Origin: an uncultured delta proteobacterium
GTDB taxonomy: Bacteria > Desulfobacterota > BSN033 > UBA1163
NCBI GenBank assembly: GCA_963827685.1
Contig: CAWHBU010000001.1
Location: forward strand, 320,001 to 384,000
Direction: 5' to 3'
Length of the DNA stretch: 64,000 nucleotides
Position 1 is the first letter of the stretch. Each line of letters begins with the position of its first letter. The translations under genes and the position numbers were made by a program. The notes under the pieces are model-generated. The model saw nothing but the letters and a program-made list of their open reading frames with translations. It was not told where the DNA came from and did not search any database. Of this stretch, positions 9,719 through 22,328 are shown piece by piece.

Positions 9719-10444
9719 TTACAAATTCTTGATAGCGTGTGCCAAAGTGAGGACATCTACCCTTTCTACTCCCCCTCTCAGCAACACCTTAGAGCATTCA
9801 TTGACCGTAGCTCCGGTGGTGTAGACATCATCGACCAAAAGAATCGACTTCCCCAATAATTCCTCCTTCCGGATCACATGGAAAGTCCCCCTCACCCCCT
9901 TTTCCCTTTCCACACCGCTGAGATTTACTTGAGGAATTGTGGATTTCTCCTTTTGAAGAATCGTTTTTTGGTAAGGGATGCCTGTTCGACGGCTTAGCTC
10001 CTTCACAAGGAGGAGGGCTTGATTGAATCCTCTTTGCCTTAATCGCTGGGTATGGAGCGGGACGGGAATCAGAAGGTCGTGGGAGTCAGGTTCCCAATAA
10101 CGATTCAATCCTTCTGCCAACCATTCCGCAAAAAAAGGCGTGAGGTGGGTTTTCCCCTCATATTTCCAACGATGGATTGCCTCTTGGAGAGACCCTTCAA
10201 AGGCTCCCAAAGCCCTTGCCATTGTAAAATATTTTCTGTGGGTCACACAAGCGCCACAGGGATGGTTCTCGATCTCTTTAGAGATGAAGGGAATTCCACA
10301 AATGGAACAAAACGGAGGTTCGATCCAGTGGATCTCTGAAACACAATTTGAACAGAACCCTTGTTGAGTTTCTTCTGAAAATTTTTCACAACAGGGGCAT
10401 TGCGGGGGAAGAAAAAACTGGAAGAGCGTTGATCGAAATTTCAT
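9719..10444 (-). CDS. comF: ComF family protein (double zinc ribbon + PRTase)
   Basis: Four CxxC pairs, PVPLH, RGFNQA, LLVDDVYTTGAT. Confidence 0.92.
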   Translation of the reverse strand: MKFRSTLFQFFLPPQCPCCEKFSEETQQGFCSNCVSEIHWIEPPFCSICGIPFISKEIENHPCGACVTHRKYFTMARALGAFEGSLQEAIHRWKYEGKTHLTPFFAEWLAEGLNRYWEPDSHDLLIPVPLHTQRLRQRGFNQALLLVKELSRRTGIPYQKTILQKEKSTIPQVNLSGVEREKGVRGTFHVIRKEELLGKSILLVDDVYTTGATVNECSKVLLRGGVERVDVLTLAHAIKNL

Positions 10445-10535
10445 GATTTGTCCGAGTTTATACCTGCCCCAGGCAGGCAGAGCAGACATCATCGTTGAAT
10501 GAAATATAGAAAATTAGAATGGGAGGTGAACCCCT

Positions 10536-11879
10536 TCAGGAAAAAGACGGAGAAGGCAAGGAGATCGCTTTCTCGGCTTCCTTGATCGTATAGGTGCTCC
10601 ACTGATGACATTGGGGACAGTAAGCGATCCATTCTTTCGATTCTCTTGCGCAGGTGGTGCAAAAGAAGGAGAGGTAGGAAGTGCCGCTCAATTCGAAGGT
10701 CTTTTCAAATTCTTGGGCGGCACGACCAAAGTCTTTTTTGTGGAGATAGATTTCTGCGAGAAGCCTGTGAAAGGCCGGGAAATCCTTTACCCGTAGACTG
10801 ATTTCATTGATCTCCTCAAGCGCTTCATCCAACATTTCCAATCTCAAACAAAGCTTGGCATAAAAGAAGGCAAGCACCCAATTTTCGGGATCGTGTTGAA
10901 GTACCCTTTGATAGACGCGGATGAGGGTACTCGGATCTTCCCGCCTGAGATAAAGCTCTTCCAAGCGAAGGATGAAGACGATGGATTTGAATCGGGTGAA
11001 ACTCTTTCCCCAGACCTTCCCGGCAGAGGCCCATCTTCCCATTCGGAGGTAGATATCCCCCAGCAATACAAATCCAGGGTGGAAAGTCTTCCTTTCTCGA
11101 ACGATCTCCTTTACCTCCTTCAGGGCATTCTCCAGATTTTTTTCGCCCCCACGGCTCAAAAGATCTCTGGCACGCTCGTATTTCAACCCTAAATAGAAAA
11201 GGTTTTCCTCCTCCTCTGCCTGTTTCCCCTTGGTAAATTTGAGGATGGATCTTTGGATTCGGATCGCCTCCTCCCACCTTCTGCTATCCTGATAAATCTG
11301 CCTCAGACTTTTTAACGCCTTGAGATTCGTCTCATCCAAACCGATGGCCCGATTCAGAACCCGAATGGCTTCGTCGAGTCGCTTCATGCGCTGGTATACC
11401 CCTGCCTGACTGAGCAGGATGTCTATATTTCTCATTTCGATCAGCTCCGCCCTTCCCAGCCAATGGAGGGCGTCCTGATCATTGCCTTCGTGGAGGGCGA
11501 TCTCCGAAAGCCGGAGATAGAGATCGATCTGCATAGGATCTCTTTTTAACACCTCAATGAAGTGGGTTTTGGCCCTGGCCAGATCCCCCCGGAGAAAAAC
11601 ATCCATGCCTTTATTGAATTCCTCCTTGAGGGATTCCTCCTTTCTTTTTTGGCGAGAGTTTAGATAGTCTTTGATCGCCCGTTTGGCATCCCGAGCCAAG
11701 GTGCCGATGAAGACCAGCATGGCACCCAATACAAAAGAGGAAATCATGAGGATGGAGAGTTCCGTCTCAAAAATCTCCCTAAACAAATGAAATTCCACCC
11801 TCAAGGGATTCTGGTATGAAAGCCAAAGGAAGAAAACCATCACGATAAAGAGGAAGGTCAACAAAAGTTTAACTAACAT
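10536..11879 (-). CDS. LapA-LapB-like fusion (TM domain, TPR repeats, rubredoxin-like CxxC..CxxC)
   Basis: Two N-terminal TMs with QN motif, TPR pattern, CTTC...CPQCHQW end. Confidence 0.75.
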   Translation of the reverse strand: MLVKLLLTFLFIVMVFFLWLSYQNPLRVEFHLFREIFETELSILMISSFVLGAMLVFIGTLARDAKRAIKDYLNSRQKRKEESLKEEFNKGMDVFLRGDLARAKTHFIEVLKRDPMQIDLYLRLSEIALHEGNDQDALHWLGRAELIEMRNIDILLSQAGVYQRMKRLDEAIRVLNRAIGLDETNLKALKSLRQIYQDSRRWEEAIRIQRSILKFTKGKQAEEEENLFYLGLKYERARDLLSRGGEKNLENALKEVKEIVRERKTFHPGFVLLGDIYLRMGRWASAGKVWGKSFTRFKSIVFILRLEELYLRREDPSTLIRVYQRVLQHDPENWVLAFFYAKLCLRLEMLDEALEEINEISLRVKDFPAFHRLLAEIYLHKKDFGRAAQEFEKTFELSGTSYLSFFCTTCARESKEWIAYCPQCHQWSTYTIKEAEKAISLPSPSFS

Positions 11880-11882
11880 CGT

Positions 11883-12350
11883 CTATAACTTTCCCTTTTC
11901 CAATTTGGTTAAACATGGAACACAATATTTCGCGACCGGCCGTACCTCGAGTCGTTTTAAACTGATAGGTCCTCCGCATTCCTCACAGATGCCGTAGGTT
12001 CCATTCTCGATACGATCTAAAGATTCATCCACCTCTTGGAGCCTCATTCGCTCATTCTCATTTAAGCTGAGCAAGATCTGTTTGTTATAAATATTGGCCG
12101 CCTCATCCCCAATGTCCTGAATACCATCTTGTCCCATTTCATTTGAAGATTCGACGATCTGTTTGACCTCACCGACGATCTGCTCCCGTTCCTTGAGAAG
12201 AATTTTTCTAAACCTTGCGATCGTCTTTCTATCCAGTTTATCCAGTCCCTTGTTCGGATCCGCTTGCGCCTTCACTTGGGACTTTACTTGGGGTTTAGCT
12301 TGAGATTTAGCTCGGGATTTAACTTTGGACTTAATTTTTCCTTTAACCAA
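11883..12350 (-). CDS. TraR/DksA family regulator
   Basis: DIGDEA, YGICEECG..ISLKRLEVRP..YCVPC. Confidence 0.92.
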   Translation of the reverse strand: MVKGKIKSKVKSRAKSQAKPQVKSQVKAQADPNKGLDKLDRKTIARFRKILLKEREQIVGEVKQIVESSNEMGQDGIQDIGDEAANIYNKQILLSLNENERMRLQEVDESLDRIENGTYGICEECGGPISLKRLEVRPVAKYCVPCLTKLEKGKL

Positions 12351-12708
12351 TACTTCCTCCTTCTTGGAGATCCATTCGGGGGGCGTCGATCCAAAGCCCT
12401 TCCAAATCGTAAAATTTCCTCACTGGCTCCAGGAAGACATGGACAACCACATCCTCATAATCCATCAGAATCCATCTTCCCCCGGTCATTCCTTCCTGGC
12501 CCAGAGGCCGAATCCCTTTCTTTTTGAGAGCCTCCTCAATCCCTTGGGCGATGGCCTGGACCTGACGGTCAGACTTGCCACTGCAGAGGAGGAAATAATC
12601 GGTAAAGGAGATCGCCCCTTTCAACTCAAGAAGAACCGGGTCTAAGGCCTTTTTTTCAAGCGCTGCCTTCAAGCAGAGCAAGGATTTTGTTTTCGAATCG
12701 GTGGCCAT
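12343..12708 (-). CDS. rsfS: ribosome silencing factor
   Basis: EKKA, SDRQVQAIA, WILMDY, FYDLEGLW. Confidence 0.95.
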   Translation of the reverse strand: MATDSKTKSLLCLKAALEKKALDPVLLELKGAISFTDYFLLCSGKSDRQVQAIAQGIEEALKKKGIRPLGQEGMTGGRWILMDYEDVVVHVFLEPVRKFYDLEGLWIDAPRMDLQEGGSIG

Positions 12709-12792
12709 ATCCTCCTATGAGTAATTTTAAAGCTCGTATTATACCAGAAAAAACTCAGATGACAAATAAAAAATGCTGAAAAATGATTTTTT

Positions 12793-13479
12793 TTAGGGTT
12801 GGGGGGCCTTACGATAAAGCCGATGTTTTTGAATATAAGCCTCCACCTCGGCCGGGATCAGGTACCTCACAGACTCTCCTTTTTCGATCAACTCTCTGAC
12901 CTTTGTAGAAGAAATATCGAGAAACGAGATTTCTTTAAAATAGAGCTGGTGGCCCGAGAGGTGGACCCAGGACTTCTCTCCAGGGTCATATCGAAAATTT
13001 GGGATCAAGGCCTTTGGGAGCGGTGAGGACGAGCTGTTTTTTTGAGATCCCGGTCGGGCCATTACGATAAAGTGGCAAAGAGAAAAGAGATTTTGAAATT
13101 CCTTCCACGTCTCAATCTCTACAAAGGCATCCCCCCCCAGGATGAAGAAAAGGGCCTCCTGCTGTCTCTCTCGAAAAGAATAGATGGTGTCGATAGAGTA
13201 AGATTTTCCAGGCCTTGAGAGTTCAAGGTCACTGGTAGAAAAATGGGGGTTGTTTGAGGTGGCCAACCTCACCATTTCGAGTCGGTGCTTCGCCTCGATG
13301 ATTTTCTCCGTCACCTTGTGCGGCGGGATGGAGGAAGGGATGAAGATGATCTCCTCGAGCCGGAATGCCTCCCGAATCTCTTCTGCCCCCCGGAGGTGAC
13401 CCAAATGGATGGGATTGAAGGTCCCTCCAAATAACCCGATCCTCCTTTTCCCCCCTTTTTTCTTCGTCTCTTCCGACAT
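12793..13479 (-). CDS. nadD: nicotinate-nucleotide adenylyltransferase
   Basis: GGTFNPIHLGH, PPHK, ISST; start trimmed to MSEE because the upstream extension is repeat-derived. Confidence 0.95.
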   Translation of the reverse strand: MSEETKKKGGKRRIGLFGGTFNPIHLGHLRGAEEIREAFRLEEIIFIPSSIPPHKVTEKIIEAKHRLEMVRLATSNNPHFSTSDLELSRPGKSYSIDTIYSFRERQQEALFFILGGDAFVEIETWKEFQNLFSLCHFIVMARPGSQKNSSSSPLPKALIPNFRYDPGEKSWVHLSGHQLYFKEISFLDISSTKVRELIEKGESVRYLIPAEVEAYIQKHRLYRKAPQP

Positions 13480-13501
13480 GGTCAAGTTAATAACCACCGA
13501 T

Positions 13502-13660
13502 AAAATCCCAAATCCCAATATCCAAATGCCAAACAAATTCCAAAATTCAATTCCAAATGACCGAAACTATTTCGTTTTGAATTTTGGTGATTGAATTTTA
13601 TTTGGAATTTGGTACTTGCCCTGCACCATATTAGGTACAGGGCTTGGAAATTGGTGCTTT
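13502..13660. repeat. heptamer foldback with a nested 24-bp palindrome
   Basis: cccaaatcccaatatccaaatgccaaacaaattcc... versus ...tttggaatttggtacttg..ggaaattggtg. Confidence 0.75.
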
Positions 13661-14923
13661 CATTTTCGGACCTGTCCTTCTCCATAGACAATAAATTTTG
13701 TCGTGGTCAATTCCTCCAACCCCATGGGGCCAAAGGCATGAAGTTTGGAGGTACTGATCCCGATCTCTGCGCCCAGACCCAGCTCGAACCCGTCATTGAA
13801 CCTCGTCGAGGCGTTGACCAGGACACAGGAGGAGTTGACTTCTTTTAAAAACCTCTGTGCATTCTGATAATCTGAGGTGATGATGGCCTCTGTGTGGAAC
13901 GAACCATATTTCGCAATATGTTCGACGGCTTCATGGATTCCCTTCACGACCCTGATGGAGAGAATGAGGTCTAAATATTCTTGAGACCAATCTTCTTCCC
14001 GTGCCTCCTTGATGTGAGAGAGAACTTTTTTTGTCCGAGGACATCCCCTCAGTTCCACCCCCTCTTTCTGAAGGACTTTTGCCACTTTTGGAAGGAATCG
14101 ACTTGCCACCTTTTCGTGAACTAACAAAGTTTCCATAGCATTGCACACCCCTGGTCTTTGGACTTTTGCATTGAGGCAGACCAGGCTGGCCATCTCCAGA
14201 TCAGCGGTCTCATCCACGAAGATATGGCAGACGCCTTTGTAGTGTTTGATGACAGGAATCTTTGAATGATTTGTCACGAATCGAATGAGCTCTTCTCCCC
14301 CCTGGGGATGATGAGATCGATCTGATCTTCCAACTGGAGCATCTCGCGGACCGCTTCTCTCTCCGTATGAGGAAAGATCTGGATCGCCTCCTGGGGGAGT
14401 CCCCTCTCGACGAGGACCTTTCGAAGAATTTGTCCGATAGCTTGATTCGAGTGGAAAGCTTCTGAGCCCCCCTTCAGGATGACACTGTTGCCCGATTTGA
14501 GGCAGAGGCCCGAGGCATCGGCGGTGACATTGGGCCTTGACTCATAAATGATTCCAATGACACCAATGGGAATCCTCATTCTTCCAACCATCAAGCCATT
14601 TGGCCTTTTCCACATCTTGATCACTTCGCCCACCGGATCGGGAAGGTGAGCTATTTCCCGAAGCCCTTCTGCCATCCCACGAATGACGGAAGGAGTCAAT
14701 CTTAATCGGTCGATCAATGACGAAGAAAGAGTTGCTTTCTCCGCAGCGGCGAGATCCTTTCGATTCTCCTTCATCAGCCGTTCCTGATGCCGCTCCAGAT
14801 TTTCTGCCATCTCGAGCAATGCCTGGTTTTTTGTGGCGGTGGAAAGCTGCGCCAGCCGACGAGAGGCCTCCTGAGCCTTTCTGGCCAACGCTCTCACTTC
14901 TGTCCTGAAATCCATTTTCTTTT

Positions 14924-14927
<4 letters not shown>
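13660..14927 (-). pseudogene. proA: gamma-glutamyl phosphate reductase, frameshifted at a G6 run (14297-14302); may be a sequencing error
   Basis: [31 protein letters not shown]; one extra G restores [13 protein letters not shown]. Confidence 0.9.
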
Positions 14928-17141
<2,214 letters not shown>

Positions 17142-17201
17142 TCAGAGTACAAATCCTGCATCAAGCGTTGTGGGGGGGCAAAGTCCTGAATCCAGAGTGG
17201 T

Positions 17202-17456
17202 TCAGGAGGCGTAGACACTCACCTGTCTTTTATCTTTTCCTTTCTTCTCATATTTGACGATCCCATCAATTCTGGCAAAAATGGTGTAATCCTTTCCCAA
17301 CCCTACATTTTCGCCAGGATGAATCCGGGTCCCTTTCTGGCGGACCAAGATGTTTCCTGCCTGGACCCATTGCCCACCGAATCGTTTGACGCCCAGTCGC
17401 TGTCCTGCACTATCTCTGCCGTTCCGAGAACTTCCTCCTGCTTTCTTGTGTGCCAT
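17202..17456 (-). CDS. rpmA: 50S ribosomal protein L27
   Basis: [16 protein letters not shown]. Confidence 0.98.
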   Translation of the reverse strand: MAHKKAGGSSRNGRDSAGQRLGVKRFGGQWVQAGNILVRQKGTRIHPGENVGLGKDYTIFARIDGIVKYEKKGKDKRQVSVYAS

Positions 17457-17483
17457 CACTTACCTCCAACCCTTTGTGGTGCT

Positions 17484-17544
17484 GTAGCGCCCCCGTTTAT
17501 CGGGGGCGGGTCAAAACTCCGTCGGCAATAAATGCCGACGCTAC
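17484..17544. repeat. GTAG-type REP doublet between rplU and rpmA
   Basis: Right half TCCGTCGGCAATAAATGCCGACGCTAC is identical to the copy at 531-585. Confidence 0.75.
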
Positions 17545-17601
17545 CTCTCTGACACGATGGTTTAACCCATTATTCCCTTATTCCAATATTCAATCTGCCT
17601 G

Positions 17602-17916
17602 TCAGCTCAAAGCGATATCACTTACTTTCAAATACGTATACGTTTGGCGATGTCCTTTGAATCGTCGATAATTCTTTCTCCTTTTCATCTTATAGGTCAG
17701 GACCTTTTTCCCCTTACTTTCCTCGATAATTTCCCCTTTGATGACGACATGGGTCAGATGGGGAGTTCCAACCTGTGTCTCTCCTTCTTTGGAGACCATC
17801 AGGACATCTTTCAATTCCACCTGATCTCCTACTTTTCCTTCCAATTTTTCTACTCGGACGAGGTCTCCTTTGGAGACCCGATATTCCTTTCCACCGGTTT
17901 TCACCACTGCATACAT
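17602..17916 (-). CDS. rplU: 50S ribosomal protein L21
   Basis: MYAVVKTGGKEYRV, GHRQ. Confidence 0.98.
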   Translation of the reverse strand: MYAVVKTGGKEYRVSKGDLVRVEKLEGKVGDQVELKDVLMVSKEGETQVGTPHLTHVVIKGEIIEESKGKKVLTYKMKRRKNYRRFKGHRQTYTYLKVSDIALS

Positions 17917-17946
17917 CAGGCGCCTCCGAATTAAAATAATCGTTGA

Positions 17947-17975
17947 ATATTAATTGATTTTTAACCTATTGTCAA
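17947..17975 (-). promoter_or_regulatory. sigma70-like promoter of rplU-rpmA
   Basis: TTGACA-17 nt-TAATAT on the minus strand. Confidence 0.65.
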
Positions 17976-17987
17976 ATTCTCCTTTTT

Positions 17988-19481
17988 TCAAATTTCGATG
18001 ATGCTGAATTGCTCTTGGTGGAATCCGGGCTTGCCCTTAATGACGATTTTTTTCCTCAGTTTTTTCTCCAATTCCTCCACGCCGGCCCTCTCCTCTTCGT
18101 AAAGAAGGTCGGCGATCTCCGGATTGGCTTCGACCACGATGTTATGCCCTCCCAATTCCGTGGAAGTTCTTTCGATCTCTCGGAAGATATCGTAACAGAC
18201 CGTCGTCTTCGATTTGATCAGCCCCGCTCCCTCACAATAGGGACAGGGCTCACCCAGGATCCGAGAGATGTTTTCGCGGGTTCGCTTCCGGGTCATCTCC
18301 ACCAAGCCCAATTCTGAGATTTTAAAGATATTGGTCTTCTGACGATCTTTCTTCAGGGCCTCTTCGAAAGCCTGATATACCTTTTCCCGGTCTCCCTCTC
18401 TTTCCATATCGATAAAGTCAATGATGATGATCCCTCCAATATTTCGCAATCTCAACTGGTAGGCGATCTCCTTCGCTGCTTCCAGGTTGGTTTTAAGAAT
18501 CGTATCCGCCAAATTTCTTTTCCCGACATATCTCCCTGTATTCACATCAATGGGCACCAGGGCTTCGCTCATATCGATGACGATATACCCTCCGGATTTG
18601 AGCCATACCTTACTGCCCAGGATTTTGTCAATCTCCATCTCAATCCCGTAAGCATCGAAGATCGGCTCTTTTTTCTCGTAGAGGATCATCTCATATTTTT
18701 GTTTTGGCATATAGGTGTTGATGAAGGAGAGAATATTGTCATATTCTTCTTTAGAGTTGATGATGATTCGATTGACCTGAGGGGAGAGAATATCCCGAAT
18801 GACCCGCAGCACCATGGTCAGGTCACTGTGGATCAGCGAGGGGGCCGTTGAATTTTCTTTTTTCTTCTGGATGTTATTCCAGAGATGGATGAGAAATTCC
18901 ATATCGGTTCGAATTTCATCCGCCGCTGCCCCTTCGCTGGCCGTCCGGACGATAAAACCACCGGCAGGAGGTTTTATTGATTGGATGGTTTCTCTCAGTC
19001 TCTTCCGTTCCTTTTCGTCCTTGATCCTTCTCGAAATACCGATATGATCCACAAGGGGCATGTAGACAAGATACCTGCCGGGCAACGTGGTATGGGAGGT
19101 GATTCGGGTCCCTTTCGTGCCGAGGGGTTCTTTCGAAACCTGAACCAATATCTCCTGGCCTTCGGAGAGCAGGTTTTCAATCTGTGAGGAAGGGCTGCTG
19201 AAATAAGGGGGCATTTCTTCCCCTTGAAAGCCCATTTCCTCGTAATCTTCGATCACCCCGTGGACATCCGAGACATAGAGGAAAGCAGCTTTCTCCAACC
19301 CGATATCAACAAAAGCGGCCTGCATCCCTGGCAAAACCTTCACGACTTTCCCCTTGTAGATGTTCCCCATGATGCCCCGATCCTTGGTGCGTTCGATGTA
19401 AAGTTCGGCAAGGACCCGGTCCTCCAATAAGGCAACCCTTGTCTCCTGTTGCGTTACATTAATGATCAGCTCATTCGCCAT
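17988..19481 (-). CDS. rng: ribonuclease G (Rne/Rng family)
   Basis: GNIYKG, AAFVDIG, IDVNTG, LRNIGGIIIIDFIDM, CPYC. Confidence 0.93.
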   Translation of the reverse strand: MANELIINVTQQETRVALLEDRVLAELYIERTKDRGIMGNIYKGKVVKVLPGMQAAFVDIGLEKAAFLYVSDVHGVIEDYEEMGFQGEEMPPYFSSPSSQIENLLSEGQEILVQVSKEPLGTKGTRITSHTTLPGRYLVYMPLVDHIGISRRIKDEKERKRLRETIQSIKPPAGGFIVRTASEGAAADEIRTDMEFLIHLWNNIQKKKENSTAPSLIHSDLTMVLRVIRDILSPQVNRIIINSKEEYDNILSFINTYMPKQKYEMILYEKKEPIFDAYGIEMEIDKILGSKVWLKSGGYIVIDMSEALVPIDVNTGRYVGKRNLADTILKTNLEAAKEIAYQLRLRNIGGIIIIDFIDMEREGDREKVYQAFEEALKKDRQKTNIFKISELGLVEMTRKRTRENISRILGEPCPYCEGAGLIKSKTTVCYDIFREIERTSTELGGHNIVVEANPEIADLLYEEERAGVEELEKKLRKKIVIKGKPGFHQEQFSIIEI

Positions 19482-19507
19482 AACTGCTCCTTAAAAGTAA
19501 GAACATA

Positions 19508-19628
19508 GGATTGGAATACTGGAATAGTGGAATGGTGGAATGATGGGTTTTTAAGAGGAGAGCAACCCAACCATTATCCATAAGTCTTAGAAACCAATAT
19601 TCCAATATTCCATTTTTCCATCATTCCA
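19508..19628. repeat. octamer foldback (TGGAATRN / TATTCCA units)
   Basis: ggaatactggaatagtggaatggtggaatgatgg ... ccaatattccaatattccatttttccatcattcc; overlaps the upstream gene's stop codon. Confidence 0.75.
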
Positions 19629-22095
19629 TCTTAACAACCTTCAATTGAGCAAGCGGTTCCCCGGACAAACCCAATACGGCCTCAACGATCTCGATAGGTT
19701 TTGCCGTTCTTCCCACCGCCTTTCGAAGTACCAGTTCCACTCCCCATTGAAGCTCTTCCCCTGATCTCTCCTTTTTCTCCTTAATTTCCATCTTTTCGAT
19801 CAAGGGTCGAATATCCACACTCCTTTTCTTTCCATCTCTCTCCTGATCAACGAAGAACTCTTTTTTGTCCAAAGCCATTTTGATCTTCGGGGTGGCTTCT
19901 TCTTTTGAAAGGAGATGATCCAAGGGTATCCAGTAGATAGACGGATGGGGTAAGGAGGATAGATGAAAAAAGAGCGGAACCTCCTCGGCTTCCATGATCT
20001 CAATTCCTGGTGGCAGAGTTTGATTCAGTTTCTCCATGACTTCAGGAGGAGTGATTTTCCCCTCACACTCCATATCCAAGATCTCCGTCAAACTCTCCAT
20101 CCCCACCGGAAGGGCTGTTGCAAAAATGATTCTGGGCATCGGGTGAAATCCCTCAGAAAAACAGAGAGGAAGATCAGCCCTCTTTGATGCGCGATAGAAG
20201 AGATGCACCAGTTCTAAATGGCTCAGGAATCGCAACTCTCCCACCTTTCTGAATTTCAATCGAATCTTTTTCTTCATCCCTTTCTTTCGGATATCTTTTT
20301 TTGCCATTCTTTCCAAAGTTTTAATCTCTGACGGAACACTTTCTTTAACGGTGATGCTCTTTCCGTCACAGATCCCGCACCGATGACAATTCTCTTTCAC
20401 ACAAGAAGGACTGATTTTTTCTTCGAGGCCTCTCTGATACTCCTCCCAGAGAAATTGAGCATTCATTCCTGTTTCGACAAAAGACCACGGAAGGATATCC
20501 TCGAATTTTCTCTTTCGGGTGTGGAAATCCATCTTGAGTCCCATCTTCTCAAAGGCTTCTTTCCACAGGGGATAACGGAATTGATCACTCCAGCCATCGA
20601 AGCGACATCCGAGCCGAAAGGCCTCCACTAAGACCTGGGAAAGATTTCGATCCCCCATTGAAAAAATTCCCTCCAAAGAACTGAGATGGGGATCTTGCCA
20701 CTTAAAACGGAGATGGTTCCTCCTCACCCCGTCCCTCATAAAATTAAGCTTTTCCTTTATCTCTTCCAAAGGAATTTGGGACTCCCATTGGAAAGGGGTG
20801 TGGGGCTTGGGTACGAACGTAGAAACACTGACGCTGATATTGGGATAGATTTTCTGCCTCTCTCCTAAGGAAGCAATCTGTTTGGTCAACTCAAAGATTC
20901 CCCTTAAGTCCTCCTCCTTTTCTGTTGGAAGGCCCATCATGAAATAGAGCTTGATGTTCTTCCACCCTTTTGAAAAGAGATCTGAGACACCTTGGAAAAA
21001 GACCCTTTCATCCAACTCCTTATTGATCACTCTTCGAAGACGTTCTGTTCCAGCCTCGGGCGCAATCGTAAATCCAGTCTTTCTGACCCGCTTTACCTCC
21101 TCTGCCAATTGCCCCACCACACTCTCAATCCTTAATGAGGGAAAAGAGACAGCGACTTTCTCCGATTCAAATCGGTCCATCAGATCAGAGAGAAGAGGTC
21201 CGATGGAAGAGTAGTCTCCGGCGCTAAGAGAGAGTAAAGAGAGTTCTTCGTAACCTGTCTGCTTGAGGGAGGCATTGAGAATCTCATGAATGATCTTCGG
21301 ACTTCTCTCGCGGTAAGGCCGATGGATGAACCCGGCTTCACAGAAGCGGCATCCTCTTTTGCAACCCCTTGCGATCTCAATATTGAGACGGTCATGAACC
21401 ACCTTCATGTAAGGGACGATCGGGCAGGTGGGGAAAAAGGTTTGATTAAGGTCAGAAACAATTCTTTTACGAATCCTTTGCCCCTCTGTGTGTAAACGGG
21501 GGACATAGACTCCTTCCAGTTGTGAGAGGGATTTTAAGAAATCCTCTTTCTTCGCCCCGGCCTCTTTCGATTGAAGTGCGATATCGCAGATCTCCAAGAC
21601 CACCTCTTCACCATCTCCAATGACCATGGCATCAAAAAAATCAGCGACCGGTGCTGGATTAAAGGTCAAAGGACCTCCAGCGATGATCAGCGGGGACCGG
21701 TCATCCCTGTCTGTTGAGAAGAGAGGAATATTGGAGAGGTCGAGCATATTGAGAACATTGGTAAAGCAAAGTTCATATTGGAGAGAGAAACCGACAATAT
21801 CGAATTGATTGAGGGGGATGGAGGATTCGAGGGAGGAGAGAGGAATCCTTTTTTCCCTTAAGACTTTCTCTATATCTATCCAGGGGGCAAAAGCCCTTTC
21901 GCAGGCAACTTCTATTTTTGTATTTAAAATGTGATAAAGAATCTGAATTCCGAGGTGGGACATTCCCACTTCATAGACATCTGGAAAGGCGAGACAGAAT
22001 TTTAATTTGATCTGTGAAAGGTCTTTTCTTATTGAATTGACCTCTCGGCCCAGATACCTCACCGGTTTAGAAACGAGAGAAAGAAACTCTTTCAA
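19621..22095 (-). CDS. B12-binding-like radical SAM protein fused to a DUF2344-type domain
   Basis: FPDVYEVGMS, RGCKRGCRFC, FVPKPHTPFQW; C-terminal FLSHLE..FSEGFHPMP. Confidence 0.88.
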   Translation of the reverse strand: MKEFLSLVSKPVRYLGREVNSIRKDLSQIKLKFCLAFPDVYEVGMSHLGIQILYHILNTKIEVACERAFAPWIDIEKVLREKRIPLSSLESSIPLNQFDIVGFSLQYELCFTNVLNMLDLSNIPLFSTDRDDRSPLIIAGGPLTFNPAPVADFFDAMVIGDGEEVVLEICDIALQSKEAGAKKEDFLKSLSQLEGVYVPRLHTEGQRIRKRIVSDLNQTFFPTCPIVPYMKVVHDRLNIEIARGCKRGCRFCEAGFIHRPYRERSPKIIHEILNASLKQTGYEELSLLSLSAGDYSSIGPLLSDLMDRFESEKVAVSFPSLRIESVVGQLAEEVKRVRKTGFTIAPEAGTERLRRVINKELDERVFFQGVSDLFSKGWKNIKLYFMMGLPTEKEEDLRGIFELTKQIASLGERQKIYPNISVSVSTFVPKPHTPFQWESQIPLEEIKEKLNFMRDGVRRNHLRFKWQDPHLSSLEGIFSMGDRNLSQVLVEAFRLGCRFDGWSDQFRYPLWKEAFEKMGLKMDFHTRKRKFEDILPWSFVETGMNAQFLWEEYQRGLEEKISPSCVKENCHRCGICDGKSITVKESVPSEIKTLERMAKKDIRKKGMKKKIRLKFRKVGELRFLSHLELVHLFYRASKRADLPLCFSEGFHPMPRIIFATALPVGMESLTEILDMECEGKITPPEVMEKLNQTLPPGIEIMEAEEVPLFFHLSSLPHPSIYWIPLDHLLSKEEATPKIKMALDKKEFFVDQERDGKKRSVDIRPLIEKMEIKEKKERSGEELQWGVELVLRKAVGRTAKPIEIVEAVLGLSGEPLAQLKVVKME

Positions 22096-22183
22096 TCCAT
22101 CACCATCTGGAAGTCGATTTTTAAGAAGATTTTAAGACACTAAAGGGGGATTCCCCCTATCATCCAACCTCTTTATGTAGTTA

Positions 22184-22300
22184 AAAATACTATAATTTTA
22201 ACCTATTGTCAATTTTGGTCAACGAGTTCAAAGGAGGATTTGGAACCATAAGATGACGCCGGAATTAATCATTGACACAGAGAAATCAGCTTGCTACATT
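22184..22300. promoter_or_regulatory. divergent sigma70-like promoters
   Basis: Minus strand: TTGACA (22207-22212)-17-TATTTT. Plus strand: TTGACA (22272)-17-TACATT with TG extension. Confidence 0.65.
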
Positions 22301-22328
22301 TTTTTAGATCACTGGTTTCCACAAAAAT

